64,000 bases of DNA. Origin: Podarcis cretensis. Lineage: Eukaryota. Of this stretch, positions 11,946 to 24,792 are shown one piece after another. The DNA lies in the NCBI GenBank assembly GCA_951804945.1, contig OX638150.1, positions 45,260,001 through 45,324,000 of the forward strand, written 5' to 3'. The position numbers were made by a program, and so were the translations under genes. How positions within the stretch are numbered: the first letter of the stretch is position 1; every line of letters begins with the position of its first letter. A model generated the notes under the pieces. The model was not told the origin of the DNA and ran no database searches. It saw only the letters and a program-made list of their open reading frames with translations.

Positions 11946-14437
11946 AGGATAGAATCATTATAAAACAATAAAATATACCTTTGTTGAATACATTTCTGGA
12001 CAATGATATGTGCCAATTATTCTTCTGTCCTGTAAGTTAATAAAATCAAGACCGGTTTCCATAGAGAAAAGGCAGCTGTTAGCTTTCATTAAAAATTAAT
12101 GTACTATAGGCTATTATCATAAACGATGCACTTTAATTAAAAGCACAGGGCAATCTGAGCCAACAATCAGCAGAAGTATATCCTTGGTTTAGAGGTGCTG
12201 TTGTTGTCTTGGCCCTGACATTGTAGACAACACAAATTTGTAATGGAAATGTATAGCCCCCGCACACACAAAAACCTGGTCATTTTTGACCAAGAAAGGA
12301 ATGATGACATGTAAACATTAGTCAGGAGAGAGGGGAACAACATGGGGATTTAAAAGGTGGTAGGGGGAAGGAAGTCTGGATGCTGATGTGGTTCTTCAGC
12401 CACATAACGGGATTCTTGATAGGGCAAGACAGACTTTATGTATAAAAAAATTCCACAGGGCAGGGAAAATAGGTAAACATATGAAAGGGGGACAAGTAAC
12501 AAAAATAGAAGATGAATGGTGCAAAACATTAATCTGAACATAATAATCATGGAGGTATCAAACAATCACTTTAAATGATAACATGATTAAGTGATAAAAA
12601 TAGAATTCACTGTTGGGCCTAAAATCAGCTTGCAAAATGTAGACCACAGAGCATGGGACATTGCTGACCCTCCCAGCTCAAATAGCAGATAGACCTACAT
12701 GGCAGGTGATTCCCAATATCTAGAAACTCCAAAATGATGGCTCTCTATAGGTGTTGACTCTTTAATATCAGCAGCACACAAATCTAACAAATTATTTAGG
12801 TGTAAAATAATTATACCTATATAATAAAGTGACAGTTTTTATTTAGTGGTTACATTAGTAGCTTTCTTGCTTTAAAAACCAGCTTTATTCTTGAGGTGCT
12901 TCTGTAGTGCACATTTATTATTTACTATCAAACATGCATCAAACTGACATAGTAAAGCATTTCAGCCCTTCAATTCCATTGCCTGCAAGCAACTCACTTT
13001 TAAAACATGGACAAACAAAGCTGTCAATACAGTCATACTTTTTTATTATTATCTCTGATTCTGAAATCAAATGGAACGAAGAAAACAATGTGTGAGAGCA
13101 CTAATGCAACATTGTCAAAATTGGCCCAATTATTGGATGGATTGTCTCATCCATTCAGCATTTCACCCCTAACAAAGCCCTTCAGTACAAGATCTGACTG
13201 ATCATTTCAAATCAGTATGTCTTCCTTACTGTCCTCTGCTCTACTCTTCTTTTCCATGTCCGCCCTTCCCTTTTCTCAATTTATTTAAGACTGCTCCTTC
13301 TGTCAAAACCTTCTGCTTTCCTTTCCCTGCTACCTTCTCAGTTCCTTTTCTTTACCTGTGCTATATACTCTTATTCTAAACCTACTGCACTAGGCCATTT
13401 AGCCTGTGCTGGACATGGATTGCTCAGTCAATGGCAGTCAGAGAACCTTAGGATCAAAGCAGCTCAGTCAAGGGCAGCAAATGACTCTTCTACAACAGTC
13501 AGTCCTTCCAGCTACTCTACAGCTATCACAATATACCGTAGATTATCGGGCCTCTAATCTTGTGCACTTGACCCATTTTAAGATTGAGAAATTTTCTGAG
13601 AAATTGTTTCATCGATGTGCAATTTACTATATAATTTTAACAACAACTGAAATAAAGCTGACTGAAATTAGATCTGCGTTTACAAATGTGCACCAATAGG
13701 TGTGTGTAATTGCAACCCACTATTTGCCCAAATGATACCACTGCTTCTGTCAAAGCATTATGCAGTTGCACTTTTCTATACTGTCTGAACTGCTACATTT
13801 AAACATTCTATTTGTGACAGCTGTATCAAAATGTATTCTCTATAAAAAGATCTTGAACAACAACAAAAAAGTGCTTTCTGAGAATTTTTCTGTCATGGCG
13901 AAAGCTAATTATTTAGCTCTCTGAAAGAATTGGAAGGCAGGCTTTCAGATTATGTAAGATAACTGATGTATCTTAAACAAGCAGAAGCTGGATACACACT
14001 GTCCTTGTGCAAATTAAAGATGGCATTCTGAGATTGTTGCTATGGACAGAGAGCTTTACACAGCTGACTTGACCTTTTTTCTGATGTCACCAGGAATAGC
14101 ACTACAGACTGTATGGAGAAGCTACCTTGTGACCTTTTCTGTAAGAGGCCACAGGCAAAGTCTGTTGCCACCACTGCCTCACATTACCTTCAAAGCAAAT
14201 TCTTACATAATGCTAATGGAGAGATGGAAAACAATGGCGTGTACACTGCTGGTTTATAGAAAATTCTTACACAACAGCAATGCATAGTTATAAATAGTTG
14301 CTTTTAGGCACTTTCTTTTAAAAAAATACAAATTCAATGTGGAAAATATGGATCAAAGTAGTCATTTATTGCAGACTGCTTTAATTTTGGCAACTCTCTA
14401 AACCTGCAAAGTATGCAGTATAGATTTTGACCTAAAC

Positions 14438-14576
14438 CAGAGCTGGCTAACCTCTAGCCCTGCAGATATTGTTGGACAACAATGCCCATTTATCCATGAC
14501 TGTTTGCCATGCTTGTTGAAGCTGATAGGAGCTGGAGTCTAACAGCATCTGGAGGGTTACAGGTTTTTCATCCCTG
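14438..14576. mobile_element. Decayed hAT-type palindromic MITE
   Basis: Diverged relative of the 32840-32975 element (cagatattgttggacaac...gtctaacagcatctggaggg...ccctg). Confidence 0.55.
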
Positions 14577-15500
14577 TTTTGAACTGTAGCTTAACCATAA
14601 ATATTTACATGGTGGAAAGTCATGTATACTTAAGCATATCAAAGCTTCATGATATCCTAAACAGTAGGAATAACTCAAGATAAAGGCAAACACTTAGCAG
14701 GATTCAACTAATGAGTGCTATCAGCAGGAACTCTGTGCAAGCACTTCCTCTAGCACAATGGGGCCCCCGCTCCAAATGGATGTCCCTGGGAATTGGTTGC
14801 TTTCCCAATACTCAATTTTTAAAGGCACTGGGATGTCAGAGGAAATGGAATTTCCTTTACGAATTCCCCAACCTTGTCATTCACAGTTTGCCACCTGACA
14901 CTGATATAGCATCATCATACAAATACATCTGCACTTGTTGCACTTTTTCATTGGCATATTTATGGAAACTGTAATGAGTGGACCAGTTCTATGCTACATT
15001 TATTTCAAATTCATTTGAAATTTTTGTTGTCATCATGGGAGTGCAAAAGGGATGCAAACTTGATAGGTAGCTAGAGTTTTAGTACTGAGCAGAACTGGTT
15101 CTATCGCCTTTGTGGCTACGAAATAGGTAGCCTTTATACTGCAATTCTCTTTCCACCTTTTCGTGGACCTATGAAACTACTGAATGACACTGACAGCTGA
15201 AATGGGAGCCAAGAGCAACACAAAAAAGGTCTCCCACCATGTTCTTCAATCCTACCTTCACTAGCAAACTAAAACACAATGCTGGCTAAAGTCCCTCAGG
15301 CTTGCTCTTTCTTAATTATGCCCCTCTCCCACCTCTTATTCTGGCTAGGGAAATTTAACAAAATGACCTGGAACCGGTTCCTGAGATGGAGACACTTCTC
15401 AAACAACATAGAAATACAAAAAGAGAACACATAATACTAAATAAAAACACAAACAAACTGATAGCCCTCCCCCCCTCAAAAACATTTAAAAGGACATATA

Positions 15501-15738
15501 CAGTGGTACCTCGGTTTACGAACTTAATCCGTTCAGGAAGTCTGTTCTTAAACTGAAACTGTTCTTAAACTAAGGTGTGCTTTCCCTAATGAAGCCTCCC
15601 TCTGCCAGTGCCCTTCCACCATTCGGATTCCGTTCTTAGACCGAGGTAAAGTTCGCAAACCGGGACACTACTGGTTTTGCAGAGTTCGAAAACCGAATCA
15701 TTCGTAAGCAGGACTGTTCTTAAACTGAGATACCACTG
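15501..15738. mobile_element. Tc1/mariner (Tigger/pogo-like) MITE
   Basis: TA|cagtggtacctcggtttacgaac ... gttcttaaactgagataccactg|TA: imperfect TIRs of about 23 bp and a TA duplication. Confidence 0.88.
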
Positions 15739-16734
15739 TAATGTTAATCAGCCAAAGGCCTGGTTAAAGAGAAACTGGCGCCTAGCACCTAAAGATATGT
15801 AATGAAGGCACCAGGTCAGCCTTAGTTGGTTGTTTCTGAGACAATGAACAGGCTTCCAAGTTTTCAAGCATGCTGTCCGTAGATATGTGACATAATACAG
15901 AGACTACTGAGCCAAAGTTTATCATTATATGCAGAGTACTGTTAAATCACAGCCAACATGTCCACATACTATACCTTATCTAAAAGTGCAGATGCTGGCC
16001 ACATCAGTTCAGCCTATATTTTGAAGTGGGGTTTGCCTCATAGAATCAATAATGGAAGTTTTATTAACATATATTGAAATGATTTAATTGTCAAAGGAAG
16101 TGATTTCTATATGAACGCTTCTACAAAATAGCAGATCCTATTTGTGTATTATTGGACAATGATATTGTGGGATAAAAGTTTAGACAAGAAAAAATGTGTT
16201 TATAAGTGAATAGACTTGAAAAACAAATCTCAGGCAGTAAACTAAAAAGAAGTTTGCTAGTAGCAAAGGCAGTTGAACTTTTTTCAACTTTTGCAACCAG
16301 AAAGAACATGTGCAAATCTGTACAATTCTGTAAAAGAACTGAATCTTGGCACAGAATTCTAGGCTCCCTTCTTCTACTAAACGCAGCTTTGTAAAAATCC
16401 TTCATTCTCACGTAAATACTGTTGCTTACTAGCTTGTTATAAATTACTACTGCTGTTATTACTGTTGCATCTTCATATAAGATAATAGGAGCATGCAAGG
16501 TGCATCAAACAGGTTAGAGCAGTAGCAAGAGAGAAGAGATCCCAAAAGAGGAAACAAGGGAAGCTCAGAATGTTAAATCTCAGATAGGCATAAGCCCCAA
16601 AGAAGCTATCCAGAAAAAATTGCAGTGCTAAGAAGTTATTGATAAATGATTTACATACTCTGCATGGAAAATGAAGAGAAAAAAATATTGCTCACTGAAG
16701 GAAACAGAGTTGCACAATACCTGGAACAAAGCAA

Positions 16735-17700
16735 ATCCAAGATGGTATGATATCCAAGCAGTGTGAAAAGTTTTATGAATTAAGATTTCATGTTGGCTTC
16801 AAGTATGAATGTATATATATATTAAAATGGAAGAACAAATGGAAGAACAAAGCTCAACCTCAGTATATTGGGAAATAGATTACACAAAACAAGTAACTGC
16901 TTACACACACATATATACACAAACACAGAGAGTCTCATACACATAAAAAACAAACTGAAATGCATCCAAAAAAACTTTTCAACTTTCAGGCACTCCTCAA
17001 TGAATCTGTGAAAAACTAATGAAGACTAAAATAATCTAGAAGGAGCCATAGTTACCACGAAAATTAGGAATAAGTTAAAATCGTGACTCCATACTAGAAC
17101 CTTAGCAGTCAACTCCATAATAATAAAACAAATGGAGTATGTGCTATATTCACAAAGGGCTAGATCGACATGGTTTAAAGCTAAACCTACTGAATTAATT
17201 CATAAATTGTCATTGCAACATAGATTATTTATATAAAAATTCTTTTGTTGCTTTTCTACTAAAAGAATTCAAAGTGACTTACAATGTAATGGATGATGAG
17301 AAAACAGTGGATATTTTATCTGGGTTTTAGTAAAGCATTTCATACAGCACTATACAATATCTTATGGTTAGAAAGCCAACATAAGATGTCTTGGACAATT
17401 AGTACAATCAAATGGATCAAAAACTGGCTATCTAACCGTATTAAGAGAGTAATCGTAACTGGCAGTCCATCTAGATGGGGAGACATTTCCAGTGGGATCC
17501 AGGGATCGCAATTCGGTCCCATTTTGTTTTATATCTTTATAAAAGATCTGGAAGACAAAGTAGAGAATATGCTAAATAAGTCTTTTGGCTTCTACTAATT
17601 AGGGAATGGTGAGCAGAGCTAGAACTAACATAGTAGTTGTAAAATAACTCTAAATATTTCTTTGAAATTGGATGATAAATTTACAGACCATATTCTAAAT
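16735..17700 (+). mobile_element. Ancient decayed CR1/L3 LINE ORF2 (reverse transcriptase) fragment, antisense to GABRB2
   Basis: ORF 17293-17598 reads [70 protein letters not shown], matching CR1 RT (YLDFSKAFD..WI.NWL..R.QRV.I.G..S.W..V.SGVPQGSVLGP.LF.IFINDL). Fainter collinear remnants: DG.HPRV-like near 16740, QHGF-like near 17168, KFADDTKLG-like near 17578-17607. Outer boundaries are approximate. Confidence 0.88.
17437..17547 (-). CDS. GABRB2: Alternative cassette exon, beta-2L long-isoform insert (111 nt, 37 aa)
   Basis: ctttgtcttccag|ATC...ACG|gttaga, phase 0/0, no stop. Encodes [37 protein letters not shown], which matches the human beta-2L insert as recalled ([38 protein letters not shown]) and sits in the equivalent intron. 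Confidence 0.92.
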
Positions 17701-19667
17701 TAAATGTGAGACAGAAGATAACAGAACACACGGGAGCTTCACAGAAGAAAACAATAGTAGGCTTTGCTAGTCATGCCTATGTCAAATATCCAAAATGATT
17801 TGAGCCTTTTGGACTCAAATACATCATATATCTCTTAAAAAGCCAAAGACATTGTCACGTGGAATGGCAGAAGAGGCAACGATCTCACATGGAGGTAAAT
17901 TATAAGAGCTAAGTGGATAGAGAGCTTGATGAAAGTAAAGAGAATAACGAATAACATGACAGTCAACTGCAGGAGATTCAGTCAGAAGTAGAGGTGTAAG
18001 TGCAATTAAAGCCATTAAAACCAATTGATCTGACAAAACAAGCATTATGGTAGTCTTGACACTATCTTCCCAAGCTGAATGTGCGGTGTCAGCACTGAAC
18101 AAATTACACATTTAGAACATAACAGAAAGGGAATTCATGAAAAATCAATGGAAGAGGGGCTTCAATGGAGCTGAAGCAGCTTTGGATCAAGATTTAATGT
18201 GTAAAATATAATATAATTGATCTATGAATGCATGTTTTCTTGGTAAATGGCTGTGAAATCACCATATGGGCAAACCCTTATGTTTCTTTTGCTAGCAAAA
18301 CTGAATTAAAGGAAGAATTGAGATGCAGAGTCAAATATATAAACACAAAGTTCACATACTTATAGCATGGATACCCAAAAAAGGAAGGGAAAAAAAAGGA
18401 GATACTAGGTAAGAACAGAATGTGAATGTGAAACAGAACAAACAGATTTCACAGTATATTTGATTCATGGGCAAACCTTTGATCCCTAAACTCCACCCTG
18501 GAATGCTAAAAACCTGACAATGGCACTTGGATAAACATCAAGCAGCTGCATTCAGGACAATTGACAAGAAGTAGAAAGGTTTTACCACTAAGCATGTCTG
18601 AGGGTTGTCAATTACTAGGACAGGAGCAACAGGACACATTCCATTAGATTTTGCTTCTGTGCTGGCAATCATTATGTTGAGTAGATTGCTTTCTGTTTTT
18701 TGTCCGGAGCTGGAACTTTAGGGACTGACTGTGGTTATAAAAATTAAATAACAAAAATATTTTGGGAGACACTGTTGAGAGGATCCGCAGCATCAATTCA
18801 GATAGGCTTATCTGGAATGGTATTAGGCCCAAACTTGACTGTTTTTGCAATTTATTCTGTGTCGAGTTAAGGGCTTCTTGTCTGCCTGTGCATTTGGTCT
18901 GCTTTTTTAGCAGTTGTCTTTTAGATTTTATCAGTTTAATGGGTTATCATTTACTTCTGGTATTTTTTTGGTGTTATTATTATACAGCACCTTGGGATTC
19001 ATTGGTATGGAAGGTGAATTAGAAACATTAACAATAAAGCAATCAATAAAACCTGAGACTGATACCCTTCTTTATAATTTTTAAGAGCTCGAGAAACACC
19101 CCTTTGGCATGCACAGTTCTTTTCCTCTCCTGTTTGATTTCCTCTTCCTTTTCCTTTGTCTATAGCTTCCATGCCAACCATGGTTACACTTGAAACTGAT
19201 ATTTGAAACCATAAATCAGGCATTCTAGCTGCACCCCCATCCTCATGGTTGTTGCCCTATTTGTGATGGCAGTGGGGAAGTCTCCTGTACACATGGAGGC
19301 TTCTGAACATTTTAAAAACCAACAAAACGAGGGTTCCAAAACATGAAGGAACCTCCACAGATACAGGTCTCCCTGATGCCGACAGCCACTGAGGAACATT
19401 TAGAGGACGACGACGATGAGGAGGATGAACAGGTAGAACTAGTATGCTTGTGGACATTGTTCCCTCCTCACACATTGACTTAAGCCCTATTCACTATAGT
19501 GCTGTTTACAGTACTGAAAAGAGAAGGGTTGGGAGAATTCAGGCCAGATGGAGATGACAGATCAGGTGGGCCCTGTTATTCTAAAGCAGCAATGCAGCAG
19601 CAAGCAAAGGCTCTAGCAGCTCAGTCAGCTGCTTGTGGCTGGAAAGCCAAACAGGATGTGTGTGACT

Positions 19668-19681
19668 GTTGCCATGGGAAC
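19668..19681. promoter_or_regulatory. Candidate RFX X-box
   Basis: GTTGCCATGGGAAC, one mismatch from the palindromic GTTGCCATGGCAAC, about 220 bp from a CpG-retaining patch. Confidence 0.35.
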
Positions 19682-20406
19682 AAAGGGGCAGTCCATTCTG
19701 TACTGAGCACCGGATGTTAGCTCAGTGTGTGTGTCATATGACCTGTACTGGAAGTACATGGGTGGAGTTTATTCTTACTGCTGTTGAGTGCAGACATGTT
19801 TTCTCTGTACTGAAGTGAAAGACAGAAATAAAGGATGTAAATAGTTTTCTGTCTGCTTCTTTCCCCTCCCTGGGGACACCAAAGGGGAGAGAGAAGGAAC
19901 GGTGTGTTTTTCTCACAGCCTGAGAAAAATCGCCGAGACCTCGCCAGCTTATCTGCCGGGAGTAACAGCCGGGAGGTCGCCAAGGAATATCTGCCGGTGC
20001 CTACGCTGTGGCACATTCCTCTGACCGAGGCAGAATTCCAACTCTTCAGGATTTAGGGAAATTTATACTTGCACCAAGCTACACACAAAGGATGTTGAAA
20101 GAATAAATGAAGCTATGCTGCTGTTGTTTCCAAGAAGGGTTTTCTGAAGAGTGAGAATTGTGACCTCTTAGAAAATAAGAAATGTTGCAAGTTACCTTTT
20201 AACTAATAGCACCACAAAAACTGATACTTTGATTAAAAAAATCACAACAGTTTTGTCATGCCCTATGATACACTGGAGGAACACTTGGTTGTATCTAAAA
20301 TGTTGGTTCATCTCTGGAGATAAAGTTCTGAAACCATTTTCCTTTGGCACCTGAAACTTCACACTGACTTCCATGGGCCTCTGGAAGCAGTGACAAGTAG
20401 GCACCG

Positions 20407-20845
20407 ATGTTAAAAGATCCTCAGTGGCTCCCAGTTTGTTTTCAGGCTCAATTCAAAATACTGGTCTTGGTCATTAAAGCCCTAAGCCTGATACCTGTAT
20501 ATTTCAAAGTTCCACCTTCTACAACGGTAACTAAACAATTGGTTCAGATCTTCCCTAGAAGCCCTCCTCTGAGTGCCCCAGCAAGAGGCCAATGAAGAGA
20601 TGGCCTTCTCTGTCACAGCACTCAAATTGTGGAACTGCTGCCCTACATATGCTCATTTCACACCATCCATGTTTTATTTTGTGTGGTCTGCTCTGTGTTC
20701 TTGAACCTTGACAGCCCTATTCTCTTTTTATACATCATCTACTGTTATTATTTATTTATGCTTCTATCTTCATTGGATATCTTGTTGTACTATAATTCAC
20801 CCCAAGTCTAATTTACAAAAGGTAGAAATATATTAAATAAGCAAG
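20407..20845 (+). mobile_element. L2 LINE 3' fragment
   Basis: ORF reads QWLPVCFQAQFKILVLVIKAL (L2 ORF2 HWLPV..R..FK.L.L..KAL), followed by ggccttctctgtcacagcac..tgtggaac and an A-rich end. Confidence 0.65.
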
Positions 20846-23617
20846 TAAGGAATATCCATCAGCCACAGTCTAAAAGGAGACAGTCTAGGCACAGAGAAAG
20901 GAACCATGTATGGAAATGGAGTTCCTTTCCCTCTTCTTTGGAAAGCTGATACATATAAAGTATCATTGAGAAAACCTTTGTATAGATCAAACCTTTGCAT
21001 GAAAATGTAATATTTGAAATGGCTCTATGAGTGAATGGCTTCCACATTTCCTCAAATAAAACTTGAAATTATAATTTTGGCAGCAAATATTTAATATGCA
21101 AAAATTAATCATTTTTTGCCAATAGTTTTTATTGATTTTCCAATTTTAACCCAATTACACAAATTAATTCCAAATTAATATAATTTTGTTTAAGAGGTTT
21201 CCCACAATCCATTCTTGATGCATCATCTAATACTATTGCATTTCATATTCTTATTTACTTCTAGCACAATCCATATTACAAATTATCACATAGTCAACAA
21301 CTGCACTCTTAATGATTTCTATTCATTTTATTATATTATTTAACTTTCAAAAAACTTCAAGTGAGGAACAACAGATTTTCTTTTCTTTTTCAATCTGCAT
21401 GTGCCCCAAAATAATTCTTAACCCACCTTTATTCACTGGTTTTCTTTGTAAGCACCTTCAGGCATTTTTGGCATGTTTTATTATTTGAAATGTTGAAAAA
21501 AAGATTTTAAAAACAGACATGTACATGCCAATAAAGTTTTTTGTGTGTATGTGTTATATAAACTGTTTTTGAGCACCACTGTGAAAAGATAAGGCTGCTG
21601 TGATGGTTGCTTCCTGTTTTTATGCAGTTTACCTCTGTTTATTTGCAACTAGAAGTCAAGCAAAATTACCATAGTACCATTATTGTAACAAGCTGCAGGT
21701 AGGGAACAGGGAAATTAAGGGTTGTATCCAACAAAGTACCCCCATTCACAATAATTTCTGCTCTTCCCAATCTGCTTGGGAGAGCTGAGGGAAATCCCAA
21801 AACATCCCATGCACAGGGAGATAAGAGGGAGGAGACATTCCACTACATGAGGGGAAGTCTTTGCATAAAGGGGGGGGGGAACCCAGAAACATACCAAAAC
21901 GTCTAGCCCAGAACCGTGTGAATCCAACAGTTATTAACTCTTTCTCTTTTCACACATTTGAGAAAATACGACATGGAATTTGGATTTTTTTAAAAAAAAT
22001 AAATACACGATTTTCTATGAAATATTTCAAGTTTTACATCTATACAATTTTACAAATAAATCCATGCCATATTTGCTGAAATGATACTTTTGCTGACATT
22101 ATAAAAATGTAAGTATACTTATATTGATTCCGTATTCTCTGTCAAGTTTATACCCCCTTTTGGTTCTGTTATAGAGTATCACACAGCTTTCAAGCATGTC
22201 GTAGTTTAGCCATCATTTTGGATTGTTCCTCTGAGGAACAGCTGGAAAACTCATGAATTTTTTAAAGCCTTCAAACTTTCTGCCTGACAGATGACAGCAA
22301 AGCCTATAGTAAATACAATCCATCTTGTAAATCAAGCTTCAGAAAGAGGAAAATGCCACTAAGTGACAGTGCATCTAAAGCCCAAGGCATTCAAGGGCTT
22401 TCCAGATGATTTTGGGTTGTTTTTTTTGCATAATAAAGAAGTGTACAGCTGTGACAATTGGTTGCTCAGGATCCAGGCATCTATGGATCTTCTTCCAATG
22501 TAAGAATATTGCATTTTTTACCACTGCACAACACCACGTTAAAAGGGAAAAAGTTATTTCCTTCAGCTGCTACACTCTTTTGTTAGACTTTTAATGAGCT
22601 AGAGAATTCATGCTATGTAAAACCATGGGGGGGGGGTCAGTTTAGAAGAATGATCAGCGACATTTTCTAGAAAGAATTTGCAACACCAATTCTTATAAGC
22701 TTGTGACACTTTTGATGTGTTTAATTCTTTTAGTAGTGCTGTGCATCTTATTAGACTGTTTTACTATTAAAATGCCAATTTATTGTGGCATTTATTGAAT
22801 GTTTATTGCTATTGTATTTTACTGTCAACCGCCCACTTTACAAAACAACAGCAGCAAATAAATATTTGCTGGGGGTGAGGGTGGGACACAAACACATCAA
22901 AATTTGAAAATAGAAAAAAGTGAATACTAACAAAGTTGTCTATACTATATTAATGCCCCCACCATCTCATGAGACTTTTGCATTGCTTTGATTATTTTTT
23001 TAAAAGCCATCACAGCCATGCACTATTTGTTTCTTTTGGGTGGATATAAAATCTTTTGTAAAGATCCACCAATGGATGTGGAGAAGTCTATTTTTGCTGA
23101 TTTCCCTTCTCCTCTTCAGCCCCTAGAAAATATGCTTGGTGGGGATGGTGGTTCTAGAGCAGTTTGGAAAGTGTCATGGGCAACTGTAAAGGTAGGAGGC
23201 AAAAACTGCCCCTTCTGTGAGCAAAGGCCTCCTCTAGATCAAATACTCTTCTATAAAAGCACTTCTTCAGTCTATGCAGAACTGACTGCATCCCTATATT
23301 TAGATCTCTAAACATTGTGTGTTTATGTCCAGAGCACAGACACACAAATTTACTTTTTCCATGGCATATGGACTATCTTACCCCTTCCACAATGCTACAG
23401 CTTCATCTATTATGTAAAGTTGGAAGTATCATATTATGAACATTGGCTTATTTAATAAGACTATAAGGTGTTTTGTTTTGCTTTTTTTTTTTTTTGCTTT
23501 GCTTAGCTTTTAAAAAAATCATCTGGAAAGGCTGTCTTGTGTAGCAGAAGAACCAAATGTAAAAAAAGGCTCTGTTTGGAAGAAATTGTCTAATGCTGTA
23601 ACTTAAGAGGCTAATCA

Positions 23618-23893
<276 letters not shown>

Positions 23894-24229
23894 TCAAAAA
23901 ATTCAAAATAGTGTGTGTGTATAGATATAGATATATAGATATCAGGGGGAGCTGGAGTTCACTCCAGAAAAGCACTAGAAGAAATATTTTCCATACTAGC
24001 TTCTTTTTGGTTTTTGGGTGGTGATGCTTATTACAGTAATGAACAAAAAAACATTTAATGCTACAAATTCTCAAAGTCAACACCATGGAAATCTTTCCAC
24101 TTGTGTATCTCACAGGTTATAAAGTGCACCTATTTCTTCAGTATGCTGGTTTTACTTAATATTTTTTTACATGTTGTCTTCTGGTTTGAATTCTCAGAAA
24201 AATCTTGCTTGAAGACCTTGTGCAATATA

Positions 24230-24565
24230 CAGTGGTGCCTCGCAAGACGAAAAGAATCCATTCCGCGATTCTCTTCATCTAGTGGTTTTTTCGTCTTGCG
24301 AAGCAAGCCCATTGACGGCTTAGCGGATTAACGCTATTAGCGGTTTAGCGGCTTTTAGCGGCTTATCGGCTTAGCAGATAAGCGGCTTAGCGGCTTAGAA
24401 AAAGGGGGGGGGTGGGGAAAAAACCCACAGGAACTCGCAAGACATTTTCGTCTTGCGAAGCAAGCCCATAGGAAATTCGTTTTGCGAAGCACCTCCAAAA
24501 CGGAAAACTCTTTCGTCTAGCGAGTTTTCCGTCTTGCGAGGCATTCATCTTGCGGGGCACCACTG
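24230..24565. mobile_element. Tc1/mariner (Tigger/pogo-like) MITE with internal gcggctta repeats
   Basis: TA|cagtggtgcctcgcaagacgaa ... ttcatcttgcggggcaccactg|TA. CpG-rich, so probably young. Confidence 0.9.
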
Positions 24566-24760
24566 TACATTAGCTTGAATCGAGGGAACAGTAGAGAATG
24601 CATTCAACCTTCCTTTAGGTAATGTTTCTTCTTAAGAGCTATGGAAACTGGAAGAGGCTTAAGTTTAAATTTGCGTTAGAATTGGATCCTTACCTGGAAT
24701 GCAAGGTTCAGCAAACTCAAAAGGCTTGCTAATGTAAACTAGTTTTAAAAGACCAGTAGC

Positions 24761-24792
<32 letters not shown>

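Noticed and set aside
17293-17598. Plus-strand 101-aa ORF as a functional domesticated RT or antisense gene
   Set aside because: The catalytic FADD motif is destroyed, DFSKAFD is mutated and the upstream part is frameshifted. The open frame is better explained by in-register constraint from the antisense exon.
19343-19483. Acidic plus-strand mini-ORF (MKEPPQIQ...EEHLEDDDDEEDEQ) and its Ser-rich reverse frame
   Set aside because: Short, low-complexity (GAC/GAG repeats), no recognisable family and no convincing splice context.
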